A DNA stretch of 64,000 nucleotides from Schizochytrium sp. TIO01 (GCA_004764695.1 SMSO01000035.1:1364001-1428000); one strand, 5' to 3'. Positions 20,560-33,444 are shown, numbered from the stretch's first letter. Notes: a model not told the origin generated them from the letters alone. Numbers and translations: made by a program.

Positions 20560-23500
20560 CACCCCCCCACACACTCCAGGGAAAGGAGGTAATGCAGGTA
20601 GTTGGCTCAAATGATGGTGCCAGCCCGCAGCTGAGCTCTTTGGTTGACTACTATTGGACTCATCTTGACCTTCATCATATTTATCAGCACAGTCTTTGCC
20701 TGCGGGGACATTTCCTAGGTTATTGATAAGCTTTTTTCAGATAGTTATCATACACATCTTTCTAAGCTCGGCACAGTTTTAACTCCAGACTCTTCTAGGT
20801 TCGATCTCTAACAGTAGCATTCGAGGAGCTTTCCTTTAAGCTGTAAGAACACATCATAAATACGCGCAATACGTGCTATTGTGTCTAGTTTTATCATATC
20901 CTAAGCATCTAGATATACTATTTGTTTATTTTCGTCGACCTTGAGAACCCATGCATGATCTAAATGAGTTAAGACGGCTTACCTAATCTTCTTATAATTA
21001 ATATTTATCTATATCTGGGTAACAGGATGACGATATTAATCTGTAAGGTTAAGTCATTCATCTCTTGCTACACCATTGAAAAACTGAACATGGTCATCGT
21101 AGGCTATTTCTGCTACCTTTTCATCAGGTGGCAAACTACAAAGCTAGACTTCAGATGCCAATAATGCAGTTCTCATCAACATCAGTTTCAGACTGAAACA
21201 ATTCCTCGAACCGGCAGCTTCTAATTTTCATAAGCCACTAATGCAGACAGAATCATTCAACAAGACACCGCATAACGCGTCACATAATTGATTATCATTC
21301 AAAAGGTCAAGTGCGATGGTCCAAAACTGATCCATACAAAGGTTCGGTTCCAATGATTTATAGCTGCACGTGAGAGAAAGTGCTCATCGTCGTCATACTG
21401 ATTATAATCATCATTTTGATAACAAATTCACACTATTGAAAAATACCGTAGAAGGAACGGCTACAGGCTAAGCAGCTTCAAACATGTTCGGGATATGGCC
21501 TTAAAAGAGTTTTTAGGGGTTTCATTTGGTAAATGATTTAAATTCTGCGCCTTCTTCCACGAGAGGATCTCAGTTATCCCCATGCGAACCTTCTTTGCCC
21601 AAGACGTGATTACTGTCCGGAGCTTTAAAAGTAAGAATCAAGTAACCGGCCTACGCTGACAAGATTTTTATGAATAAAGACGCAGCAGTTTGGGTGAAGG
21701 TCTCAATTGAAATGTGAGCTGGTAAACATAGTCTATACAAGAGGTCTTGCGTGTGTTACCTTAGCTCTGAACGGGTAAATGCGTCCCATATTTACTTACA
21801 GCCAAACATAGGTTGTTCGGCTGGGCTGCGTCCTTTCTGCATTCCGAAGAATAGGCTAAAATAGCATTTAAGTGCCGGAGAGTGGTTCTTCTATAGTTGC
21901 TGAGATCCCCAATCGAAGGAGCTTGATGACAAGACATTCTTAGAGTTCTGAAAGCCACTAATGATTCAAAACTACATAGAAATAGAATTAGGCAACTAGA
22001 TGCGTGATTGTAAACGGTAACCGGGGACTAAAAGGCAACCTACTTTTTCGTTAGAAATCAAGTATGGTAGAGTTCATGTTAGCGATTGAAGACACAGTCA
22101 TCTTCAATCCCTCAAGAACAATCTTAGTCTCCTAATTATAACACGAATCAGTCTGTACCTTGAAGTCGAATTTCGCGGTATGCCGCTAGCTCTTAAAGAC
22201 AAACTTTACCAAGCTACCCTAAGTATTCTGCAGAACCCCCCCTGCCTTTCTTTTTCTTTATGTTCATAGTAATTAAGGCACACAACATAACCTGTAGTAC
22301 CTAGGAAGTACCGAGTACCCTGCATCGAGTTCAGGTTTTAAATCTATACTTGATTCATGTTACAGACAACATCTAGGTAGGTAGATATACAAGAACCAAA
22401 AATAATACTCCATCCTTCCACCACAGGTTTGGCAATTAGCTTGCACTCGTTTGATTTCTGATCGTCGTTGTAGATCGCGATAGTCTTTGGAATCCAATTC
22501 TAAGGCCAGCATATCGCTAATTTATAAGTCGGGGCTCTGTAATACTTTTTGGCCTTTTCATTTCACTCAACGCTTTAGATAGCATTACTCTTGGACGGTT
22601 TCAATTTTGACAAACAGCATTCACCTTCACTACTGACTGCAACTCACTCATTTAAGAAGATGCGCCTACAGACTAGTATCTTTGCTGTAGCTTAGCGGAT
22701 ATTGATATAAGCAGTACGTTTGGATGCACTGCCGTGATCAATAATTCGGCACCGGGTGCAGATGAGATCTTGTTGTCGCTGGGGAGAGGTAGCTTGTTCT
22801 GAATCCTTTTAAATACAGCAACATCATTTTTTGTGCTTTCCAAGTACATATGCTTGGGGGCATTGCAGTCTACATCGTCTTTAGAAGTCGCAACATGCAG
22901 GCATGTCGTCCTGAAGCCCTCAGCATGGTCTCAAGATTAACTTCTTATTCAAAAGAAGGGCCGTCCAAACCAAAGTATTCTAGTATAGCGTTCATAAAGC
23001 CATTATTTTCATTCCTCTTTACATTTTTACTTCAAAGTCGATATATACCTTTTTCAAGTTCATTTTTGAAAACCATTTTCTTATCCCTTCAAAATTTCTT
23101 CGAGGCGATGATCGAGATTTCTGTCTCTATTTAATTATGTTTGTTGTTAAAATCAATGAAATGCAAGAATTAAAAAGCCATTCTGGTTTTACGATAGCTC
23201 TGATACGCGGAAATGATACTGGCGACCCGAAAGCTCAACATCATTTATTGAAAATAAGATGGATGGAATTTTTCGTATTTGATTGACAAAGGTATTCTAA
23301 CGTGCAATCTCATGAAGATTATTCACTGTCCTACACTTACTTGCAAATGACATTGTCGAGACATTTTGATTAGATGGGTCTCCATCGTAATACTGATGAG
23401 TCAATCTTTCCCTCACAAGAACTGGTTATGCCAACACTTTTAGCTCTGGCAAGATCCCACAATCTTTTTCGAAGACGACTTGATAATGCATTATTTCATC

Positions 23501-24115
23501 AGAACAGCTTGTAAGCATTCTTCGAATCAACACTGTGATAAGAATTATTACTCTCATATCCTTAATAACTCGAGATGGAAAGCTCCAAGTAGTCATTCAA
23601 TAAGGAGTAGTAATCTACGTCAGATACGATACTAGCCTCACTTTCATGTTTTTTCATCACCATGACCCCTCTTGGATTTTATATCAAATTGCTTACTCAA
23701 ATGAGAACCCAACTCTAAGAGAATGACTTCTTGGCATGCAGGAAGGCATCCGGAAAAAACTGCAATGTTCCTTTATAAAATCTGCAAGCGTATTCAGGTA
23801 ATATTCTTTTGAAAGTGTCGAGTTAACTATTCGTTGCGTTAGCTTAGCCCAGTGTTTGTCTGTGTATTACCAGCCTTGATCTGTCCTATCACCTAACTAA
23901 GACCTATAATCGTACCTTGGTAACTTCAAGTTTACATTCTCTGATATTTGATCACCAGATGGGGAAAAAGCCTACCGAGGTAGCCTTTAACTGATCGACG
24001 TTATAACTATCCTCATGAGAAACTTCGTTGCATTGCATAGCGATTACCTCTTTGGTTGCTCGAAGTTACGTCGGAGCGATGATGGCTATATCGTCAACTT
24101 TTGCCTCGGTCTTGC
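20560..24115 (-). pseudogene. Decayed coding-like block of unknown origin
   Basis: Uniform AT-rich, microsatellite-poor sequence; minus-strand frames give protein-like runs broken by stops (e.g. LDHAWVLKVDENKQIVYLDA*DMIKLDTIARIARIYDVFLQLKGKLLE). Confidence 0.4.
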
Positions 24116-24157
24116 AAGGTAGGTACTTACGTACACTTCAGGTCTTTAGGCAGGGGT

Positions 24158-24181
24158 AGGTAGGTAGGTACCTACCTACCT
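24158..24181. repeat. Perfect 24-bp palindrome AGGTAGGTAGGT-ACCTACCTACCT
   Basis: Head-to-head (AGGT)3/(ACCT)3. Confidence 0.9.
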
Positions 24182-24899
24182 CTACCTACCTTTAGCTGCT
24201 TTCATAAAAGTAAAGGAGGAAGTACAGGAAGGTAGTTACGTATCTGTTCCACCTCTAAAAAATATAAAATGAAAAAGTTGCGACCTGAAGGTTACTTATG
24301 CGCATATGAAGCCATGTGGAAATCGAAATATCTAAAACAATCGTCACTTCGCTCCTAGTAATGCTGATGGACAGTTCATTCAAGCAAATCCACTGTTTCA
24401 AGAATTATGACAGGTAAATAGTATAGATTACACCATTGAATGGTGTGGTAAAGGCTGCAACTCTTGGGGTCATTTCCAATCCGAAGAAAAACACATAGTA
24501 TATAGGCTAAAGGCCTGTACATATATTTAATTCAATTAAAAATAAAGATAAAAATTCTTTTAACACTTGAATAAATCTCTCCTTCTGTCGAGAACTCTGT
24601 TTCTCAAGTGGCTGCAGCTTGCAGGGTAAGTACCGTGACGGAGGTACTTACCTAGAGGCCACTGTGCTCCAGAGCACAGAAAGGAGTAGCCTTCCACGTT
24701 AGCAGTCTTGTCACCATTGTAGTGATGAAGACGCTTCAAGAGTGTATCTGTACCTACCTCTACCTAATGGTTGTTTGTTCCGCAGTCAATTTTAAAAGTA
24801 ATTCTGGCTGCGCTTGAGCGGAGTGGCCGGGCCTAGCCTGCTTAAGCTACTCCTATCAGGGTGCTGAGAAAGTGGAAAGTAGGAGAAGAAGACAAACAA

Positions 24900-25657
24900 A
24901 CAAAGTGTGGCGTCGCAATGGTGGATGATTGCTGAAAAGACCTCCTCATAAGAATTTGGAGAGTCCTTAGTGTATCGTCGTGGTGGTGCTCATCTGCGAA
25001 GAGAGCTAATTCCTCTCAAGCAGGTCCAATAGTGCTCGACTGGGCACTTAGAACGACCGCGGCTGATCTACAACTTGACGGCGCTTTCATTCTTGAAAGA
25101 TGCGGTTGTTGAGATGGCACGAGGAAAGTGAACGCATCATGGCTTTCAAGGCAGTTCTTCGACTAGGCGTGCATGCGCACTGTGATCCATGGCAGGGAAA
25201 TCGTGAATCAGACTACATTCCACGCAGATCATTGCTGAGCAGAAGAATGATCTTCGAGGTGAGTTTTTGCGGATTTAGGACCGAAACTTCGTCCGAGAGC
25301 CTTGCCGTCTGGTGCATCGCAGATGATGACGAACCAGAACCACCCTTGCTGGTCAAGATTATTCAAGTGACTATGCTAGGTGAGGAGATATCATGTCACA
25401 TGGGTAAAACCTCAAACTTGGCAAGGTCCTTGGGCAAGGTCCCTGAGAGCATAGCGCATAGACTTGGAAAATATCAGACCACAAGAAGAGCTCCAATCAG
25501 GGGCCTGTCTAGACATTCTCAAGCTCAAGAGGCTGCTTTTCACAATCGAGTGCTTTCATTGAGACAGCTCAAGATAATGCAGATAATGCATAGTGCTGAT
25601 AGCCAAGCGTTCTTTGAAGCAAGACAATCACAAGGAGGAAGAACCTCAGGATGGTAG
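24900..25657 (+). pseudogene. Degraded gene fragment (includes the 185-aa ORF 25100..25657)
   Basis: Coding-like composition in alternating frames; no recognised domain; flanked by TACCTACC/TAGGTA clusters. Confidence 0.3.
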
Positions 25658-26913
25658 GGTAGGTACGCCTCTGATACCATGGTTTGTATACTATTTGTTT
25701 TAATTGCAAAAGAAAATAATTTGAAAAAGAAAATAATTATCATAAAATATAATTTCCTTCATGATAGTGTTAGGAGCAGTACCTACCTGCCTGTCCTATT
25801 CGCAGCACGTGCCGACAGTAGTCGTAAGAACAGTACTAATACCTACCTACCTGTAGTATGGTATAAGACTTCTTAAAAGAACGTAGGTACCAGCATGGAT
25901 CAAAAATATGCATTGGAATGCTTCAGTTGCGCATTCTCTATCAGAGCTGAGCAGAAGGCAAGTCTCCTCCTGCCTGTCTTGGTCTTCTTGTTGCACGCTT
26001 GGGCTTTCTCGGCGGCAGCCCTTCGCATCACTGATCTGATCGGCCTTGAGGCTGCAGGGTCCCGCTTCCTTGCCGCCACAACGGCGTCGCGCGTGCAGAG
26101 AAAGGAGGTATATTAAAAAATTAAAAAAACATAAGTGAAGAACTGGTTAGCAGATATTACTATTGAGCTATAGAATATGTTATTGACAGGTCCAGAGATC
26201 GCAAAGGAAAAGAAATCGCGATTTCACGAAGTTGAAGAATCTCAGGGAGCGATAATGAGGTACGTGATACAAAGCTCGTCATGGCGGCAGCTGATGAACT
26301 ATATTCACTTGAAAGAGAGGAGAAGACGAACCTGGAGAGCAGAAAAGGGGGTTACTTGTCCATTTCTGTTCAATGACTGGTATGGAGAGTCCTAGGAAGG
26401 GGAAAGTGAGCCATCGGTAATGTTTATAATAAATTCGGAGTGAAGGGGGTTTGTAAGTTTGACTTTCAAAACTTTCTTTTTAATCCTATAATAACGAATA
26501 GTAAGTAGAGGCAATAAAAAAAATTTACAACAAATCGATGAATCAGGACCAAAACGGAGCGCGGAAGAGCGAGCTGAAGCAAACCCAAATCATCGCTAAT
26601 CTTGTCTGCATCTGCAGTCAAGGGTGCATACCTAACTGCAGCATCGCAGGAAAGGTCTGGAGGTGAGCAAACGTTCTACTCCGTGCTCTGGGCTGCGTAG
26701 TCTAGTTCTCATCTAGACTTCAAAGTTTGCAGCTGCCCAGCTCCACTCTTGACAGCAAGGAGTAGCGCAGGTTGCACGAGACAAGCGACCACGTATTCTT
26801 GCTGCAGAAGACCTTAACTTCTCCTGGCAAAGTAGGTGCTCGAGTTGCACCGAAAGAGTCATTCGCACATATTAGAAAGTTATCAGGTTTGTGGACATCT
26901 TCTCAATCCTACA

Positions 26914-29256
26914 ATGCCCAAGCCTGCAGAGATTGCACCTATCAACAAGCCCAGCGACTACAGCAAATTTGACGAAGAAGATGGTCCTTTCTGGGTCTGT
27001 GAGAAAGATGCGATCCCTGATATTTCCTTCGCAGAGACTGGTCTGGCCTCTGCTGGCGTCGTGCCGGCCATGACACTTCCGCAAATGCTGGCCCTTGCCG
27101 TCAAGCGTGCCGGAAACAAGGTAGCTTTCCGTACAGAAAACATGCCGCCACTTCTTCGTGGTCAAGACCCTCCTGAGCCTCTCCCACTCAAGGAGTGGAA
27201 GGGCTGGACATGGAAAGAGTATCAGACTGATGCTTGCAGGGTTGGACGCGCATTTATGGACCTCGGTGTGGAAATGTTCGACACTGTTTCCATTTTTGGT
27301 TTCAACTCCCCAGAGTGGTTCCTGTCTGCAATGGGCGCAGCTCACTGTGGTGCTAAGTTTGCAGGTATTTACTCTTCTGACACAGCTACCCAGGTGCAGT
27401 ACAAGGCTTTCCACAGCGACACAGCGGTCGCCGTTGTTGAAAACCAGTCCAACTTTGAGAAATTTGCCGAAGTCATTGACGAGCTCCCGTACCTTAAAGC
27501 TGTTGTTTGCTGGGCATACGAAGCTAATGATCTCGTACGTGCAGACGGGACCAAGGTTCGTGTGCTCACCTTTCCCGAGCTTCTCAAGCTTGGTGACTCT
27601 GTAGAGATGAGCGCACTTGAAGAACGTGTTAGCCAAGTTGTCCCTGGTATGTGCGCTGCGTTGGTGTACACGAGCGGTACTACAGGTCGCCCTAAGGCTG
27701 CAATGATCTCGCATGATAACCTTATCTTTGAATCCAGTGCGGTTCTCCCGAACCTCAACGGTGCCTGCTCAAAACGCGAGGAAGAGCGTCTCATCTCTTA
27801 CTTGCCTCTATCTCATGTCGCTGGTCTTATGGTAGACTTCGTCTCCAGTCTTTGCTGCTCTGCCACGAAAAAGGCTTGGATGAGCGTTTCATTTGCTCGT
27901 CCGTATGACCTGAAGGTAGGTACTCTTGGTCAGCGTCTAGTTGTTGTAGAGCCTACCATTTTCATGGGTGTGCCTCGCGTTTGGGAAAAGATTGCTGAGA
28001 AGCTCCTGGCTGTCGGTGCCAAGACCACTGGTATTAAGAAGAAACTCTCCGAGGCTGCCAAGCGCCGCGGTCTGGAGTACCAGCGTGATCAGCAAATTGG
28101 CTGCGAGGGCCGCAACCCTGGTTTTGGTCCACTTGGTATTTACAAAAAGCTGCTCAACCTTATTAAGCTTAAACTTGGTCTCTCCAAATGCAAGTATGCC
28201 TTTGCTGGAGCTGCCCCAATGGCTCGTGAGACGCTCCTTTACTTTGGTGCCCTTAATATCAATATCAATGAAGCCTATGGTATGTCTGAATGCACGGGAG
28301 CCGCAACCTGGGGCACCGACTCGGCACATCAATGGGGTACCGTTGGCTATGAGATGCCAGGCTGTGAAATTCGCGTCTTCAAATTTGATAGCTCAGGCCG
28401 GAAGACGGAATGCCCGCGTACGTATGACATTCTTCATGCGACCGAAGAGGAGCAGGGTGAGATTTGCTTCCGTGGCCGCATGGTTATGATGGGCTACCTT
28501 GCAAATCCGAAGCTTGGCGATGAGCATGTCGAAGACATCAAATCTAAGAATGACGAGACCATTGATAGCGAAGGATGGCTTCACTCTGGTGATAAGGGAG
28601 CAATTTCAACCCAAGGAATGATCAAGATCACGGGTCGCTTCAAGGAGCTCATCATCGGTGCAGGCGGAGAAAACGTTGCTCCTGTGCCTATTGAGGATGC
28701 CATCAAGGCCCGTTTGCCATTTGTCTCTAATGCCATGATGGTGGGTGATCAGCGCAAGTTTATGGCTGTTCTACTTACTCTTCGTGCTAAGGGTGCAACT
28801 GGTGAGCTACCTGGTACGAAGGAGCTTATTTATCCAGCCAAGCAATACGGAGAAACAATTGAAGAAGCTTGCGAGAATAAGGAGATGATTCAGGAGATCA
28901 TCAAGCAGCTCAAGGAGATCGGTAGTGATGGTGATGTCACCCCTTCCAACGCTGCTCGTATCCAAAAGTTCACGATTTTGCCCTTGGACTTTTCTGTTGC
29001 CACGGAAGAGCTGACGGCTACTCTGAAGCTCAAGCGCTCTGTTGTGCATGACAAGTACCAGGATATCATTGATGCGTTTTATGAGTCCAAGGAGGTCTTT
29101 GTGCCGTACTCTAAGGTTGGTTCCTATGACGTTGATGGCCACATGGATGACAACATGCCCGAGGAGCGATCTTATGGAGACAGCTTAGGCGAGATCGACG
29201 ACGAGGTGAACTCCCAGGTGCTCGCTGCCCTTGAGGACGAGCGTTCTGTGCGATAA
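26914..29256 (+). CDS. ACSBG: Long-chain fatty acyl-CoA synthetase, bubblegum (ACSBG) type, copy 1
   Basis: Motifs YTSGTTGRPKA, SYLPLSHVAG, GVPRVWEK, YGMSECTG, GWLHSGDKG, ITGRFKELIIGAGGENVAP and ELTATLKLKR; first ATG at 26914. Confidence 0.92.
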   Translation: MPKPAEIAPINKPSDYSKFDEEDGPFWVCEKDAIPDISFAETGLASAGVVPAMTLPQMLALAVKRAGNKVAFRTENMPPLLRGQDPPEPLPLKEWKGWTWKEYQTDACRVGRAFMDLGVEMFDTVSIFGFNSPEWFLSAMGAAHCGAKFAGIYSSDTATQVQYKAFHSDTAVAVVENQSNFEKFAEVIDELPYLKAVVCWAYEANDLVRADGTKVRVLTFPELLKLGDSVEMSALEERVSQVVPGMCAALVYTSGTTGRPKAAMISHDNLIFESSAVLPNLNGACSKREEERLISYLPLSHVAGLMVDFVSSLCCSATKKAWMSVSFARPYDLKVGTLGQRLVVVEPTIFMGVPRVWEKIAEKLLAVGAKTTGIKKKLSEAAKRRGLEYQRDQQIGCEGRNPGFGPLGIYKKLLNLIKLKLGLSKCKYAFAGAAPMARETLLYFGALNININEAYGMSECTGAATWGTDSAHQWGTVGYEMPGCEIRVFKFDSSGRKTECPRTYDILHATEEEQGEICFRGRMVMMGYLANPKLGDEHVEDIKSKNDETIDSEGWLHSGDKGAISTQGMIKITGRFKELIIGAGGENVAPVPIEDAIKARLPFVSNAMMVGDQRKFMAVLLTLRAKGATGELPGTKELIYPAKQYGETIEEACENKEMIQEIIKQLKEIGSDGDVTPSNAARIQKFTILPLDFSVATEELTATLKLKRSVVHDKYQDIIDAFYESKEVFVPYSKVGSYDVDGHMDDNMPEERSYGDSLGEIDDEVNSQVLAALEDERSVR

Positions 29257-29959
29257 GCGCTTCTTTTCAGCTTGTAAGCAAATTTACTTGCGTTTTGCAT
29301 AAATACCCCCGCCCCTCCACACGCACGCAATGTAACCAGCTGCCGCCAAAGCAGTCATATGTCCCCCTTTTTGGAACTGCCCAACATCGTGTTTTCTTAT
29401 TTCCCGTGTTCTTTTCATTTTATTTTTGTCATTTTTACTTCAGTCTCCTGCATCGTTTTCCCTCTCCTGCATTCTTGTACATTCAGGTTCATACAATTTT
29501 CCTGTTCATATTTAGCAATGCAATTATGTTGATACAATTTAAATAGCTAATGTGCAAACTGCAATGTCCACAATTTACAATCTTTCCAAATCAATCGTTG
29601 CTGCACCAGTTGTGCAACGAATATATTGTTTTCAAGAGCAAGAGAAGCTCCGCCCGTGTTTGTCTTCAGTGAGAGCGTGCAAGTACCTATGTATCAAACA
29701 GCAGGGGCTTCAAGTGAGTGCACAAACGCGAACCTGCATCTGCGCAGAGCGGAGTTCGCTCGATCCCAAAACCTAATTGGCATCGGACGATCCTTTGGCG
29801 GCCGATGTGGCATTAGAAAGGACCCAAGGCGCTGGCATCGACACTGATTCCCCAGCCATTTCACCTCCGCAACGAAGGCATTCAATGCTTCACGCCAATT
29901 GTTTTGAAAAAACTTTCACGGGACATTTAACACGAGCTGGGAATTAAGGAATTGGCCAC

Positions 29960-30017
29960 ATGTATGTATGTATGTATGTATGTATGCATGCATGCATGCA
30001 TGTACGTACGCACGCAC
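29960..30017. repeat. Compound 4-nt array (TGTA)n>(TGCA)n>(CGTA)>(CGCA)
   Basis: Read directly. Confidence 0.92.
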
Positions 30018-30283
30018 ATTCCGCATTCCTGTAAGAACGCCTACCAGACTTACAGCCAACTAGCTTGGGCTCAAGAAGATACAGCGTTAGCTCGAAAGGG
30101 CCCGAGCTGGGCCAGTCTCCCCTGGAACCAGTGCCACAGATTGCGGTAGTTTCCCTCACCATCCTTGAGAGAGTAGCGATGTTCCTGCCTGGAAACCTTT
30201 AAGTTCGTGATCTTAGCAGCAGGCGCAATTGCAGGAGCACTACAGTGACACTGTCATGGAGCAAGACGCCAAGCTCAGCAGTG

Positions 30284-30323
30284 GAAGCAGCCTGTCAAGA
30301 AGCAGCCAGTCAAGAAGCAGCCA
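30284..30323 (+). repeat. 15-bp tandem repeat, about 2.7 copies (GAAGCAGCCWGTCAA)
   Basis: Read directly; translates as KQPVK-KQPVK-KQP. Confidence 0.85.
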
Positions 30324-33300
30324 GGGAGCGGTGCATAATGCGCTCCGGTGCAGTTCAATTCTTGCTCGAAGTGCTGCTGTCATGCTGGCATGGATAATTT
30401 ATGTTGTTGTTGTTGTTTCTTCTCTTGCAAGGTGGTGAAGTTATTATTTTTATTCTTTTTAATCGATGCCCTCAGCAGAGTCAGTCGGTGCTTGCCATAG
30501 TAGGTGATACGGAGGTACCGAGACACGTTTTGGGATCCCTGTTCGGCCGATACAATCTGAGAACCACGAGCCAAGCGTTTGTAAATATAAACATTGCGCA
30601 TGTTGCGGTAAGTACCTAAGTGTGTCCACGAAAGGAGCATGAAAAATTGCTATTTAAAACACATATCTATAATAGACCTATATATATATATATGTATATA
30701 TCTTATAATTTAATATTTTATAACAATTTTCATTTATAGTAACCTGAACTTAATATTGTATTTATTGTTCTTGTTTTTGTTTTCCTCAAAACTGACGATG
30801 TCCCCCAAGAGTAAACCAGTACTACTACTTTCTGTACTTCATTCCCAAATGTGCGATCATCGCCCCAAAACTGCCAAGCTACCCCTCGCTGAACGCCCTG
30901 CGGCGAGGCCCCGATCGGGTGTCCGACGCCTTCCGTGGTGCACACTGGGACTTTGCAAAGCCAACTTCTTTGTTTTCCTGCTTGCGACAGCATCCCAAGC
31001 ATGAGTCAACGCCCATTGCAGCTTTCAACCCGAAGATGTGCTATTCGGTTGATCGATTGATTGATGTATCGACGTATTGATGTATTCATTTATTTATTTA
31101 TCCATTCATTCATTCATTGAGTACGTACCCACTGCTCAACCATTTCACTCACCTTCAGACGGGTCTGGACTCTGTCAGAGTGTGGCCACTTGGCGATTTC
31201 GCGACCTCTCTCTTTACTTCCCCGCGGCTTTGGCTTATACTTCCCCTGCAAATTCGCCGCTGCCTTCGAGGCTCTCAGCGACCCCCCAGGCCCTCCTCAT
31301 GCCAAGATAGTGGCTCCAGGCCTCGAGTTCCACGTGCAAATCAAGCCCAAGATTGGCCTCGAGGCCAAGCGTGTTTATTTGGCGCCTCTTCTTTGCATTT
31401 ATTTATTTGCAGAATGCGCCGGTCTAGATCTCGAGGGTGTGCACCCGCAGGAAAGTGAGAATAAAGTTTTGCCTGCGTAGAAGTGTCATACTAGCGAAAG
31501 CTTGTTTATGTAAAGGTTTGTTTATTTATAACTTGTTTTCAACTTTGTTTTGTTTTCTTTTCTTTTCTTTTTCTTGTTTTAGAATTAAAAATAAAATTGA
31601 ATAGGACTCGGAAGGAGGGAATAGGTACTATTGATATGGACTTGGAGATACTGATTGACCATAGGCATAACCAACTACTCTCTGTGAAGGAGATGGTTAC
31701 AAGAGGCGTACGTAAGTAGGGCAACGTGATTGTGGTGCTCGTGGGAGTGGTTGATACTGGGAAATGCGAGAGAGTCAAGATTTCGGGGCAACGGGAAGTG
31801 GCGTTACCCTTGAAACGCAGCTCGCTCAAGTGCAACTGCTGCTTCATATGAGCAATCTCGATATTAAAAAGGCATTCCTACGTCCTGGAGAGTAAAAACA
31901 AAATAAATAAATAATTAATTAATTAAGAATTAAAATAGAAAGGAGAGAGAAAAAAAAAGAAGAAAAAAGCAGGGACATTTAATTCCAAGTGTAAAGAGGA
32001 AAGAACCAAGAGGGAAAGAAAATGGAAACACGAAATGCACAAGAATATTTCCGCGAGAATGCAAGTATATTCAAGAAATGGTAGAATAATAATGATTATG
32101 ATGGATAATAGATTGATGCAACTTTATGCAGCCGAAGGTGCTATTGTTCAATGTTTCCAGCTTTATCCACGTCCTTGCCGCTCTTACTTGTACGTCATTT
32201 CTTTTTTTAATTTAAAAATCCCCCCATATTTTCTAAAAATCAATGTATTCGCGGAAATGACTGATTTCGAGATCATCACCATGATTCCATGAAGCCCTTT
32301 CTTCGCAACCTCCGTCGCCAATCGTAAAACCAAGTATCGTGTTTCAGTCGAGGTCATGTCTTGACAGGCCCTGTGGCCTTCAAGTTTCGTTAAATTGCAC
32401 CATCTTCAACATCTTGAGCGATTGATCTTGCGTGTCATTGCTTTTTTTATACATATCACAATTAACAGAAACTGCTTCTTCCTTGTAAAAGGAGAGAACT
32501 CCCAACGATTTGGACAGTGCAGACATTGGGCGCGTGGCCGATTTGAGCGCTCTGCACAACATTAAATGCAGAAGCACCCTCATCGCAAACTCAATCCGTA
32601 GGAGGTACAGGCTAAGGCGTTTGGTGAGCTGAAGCAGCTCTCGGCTGAGCTGCATCGGGCAAACGAGCGAGGCCTCTTCACGAAGGCCTTTGTTCGCAAA
32701 CCACGATGCGCAGCATCTCCACTTGGGCAGCAGCATTTATGTTAAAAGTTTGGTACAAATGAGAAAGAAATTAGCAAATGTATTTTGTACTTTGCTCATT
32801 TTATAAATCTAATATGAAGAGTGTAGTCAACAACTTGAGTCATGCCAAAGCGAATAGTCACGTGTAGGGTTCATTGGAGAAGAGCGTCGAAGCCAGATTT
32901 GAGCCACCAGGCTGCAGGCAAGCGTGTCCAGAAGACTCAGAATTGTTGAAATGACAGTATCGCTTCGCAGTGCTTGCGATTCTCAACTTTGAAGAGCAGA
33001 GCAGAGAAAACTTGAGAACAAAATGTTTTACATTCTGTCTTCTCGTTGTCCCTTATTTCAAGCCACCTTTTTTTTTTTTTTTCATTTTTTCTCGTAATGG
33101 AGGAAGAAAAGAATGAGCTAAGTTAAAATGATGAACTCAAGCCACAGAGATGGCAATATTATTCTGTGTCCCGACTGAGGCAGAGATCAAGCTCGATCAA
33201 ACTGCATAACTAATGCCAGATCAGTGAATCATTCGATGTGCTAGTGCATCGTTTGCGTCCCCTCTCAACGCAGTGCGTACTTCCTGCAATTACTTTTCTG

Positions 33301-33444
33301 CCGATGCGCTTTGGGTTTCCTGCTGTGAAGAAGTAGTACCTGTCTCTTAGTGAGTGCCTAAGTGCTCCTATTCCTTTTTCTCCAAAGTGTTTCATTTTTA
33401 TAATGAAAAATAAAATTAAAAAATGTCAAAGGTCCAAGCTCATG

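Noticed and set aside
20560-24115. Alternative genetic code or selenocysteine read-through to explain the in-frame stops
   Set aside because: All three stop codons and apparent frameshifts occur, and neighbouring genes terminate with standard TAA or TGA
30284-30323. Short direct repeats as a CRISPR-like array
   Set aside because: Contiguous tandem units with no spacers, in a eukaryotic context with no cas genes
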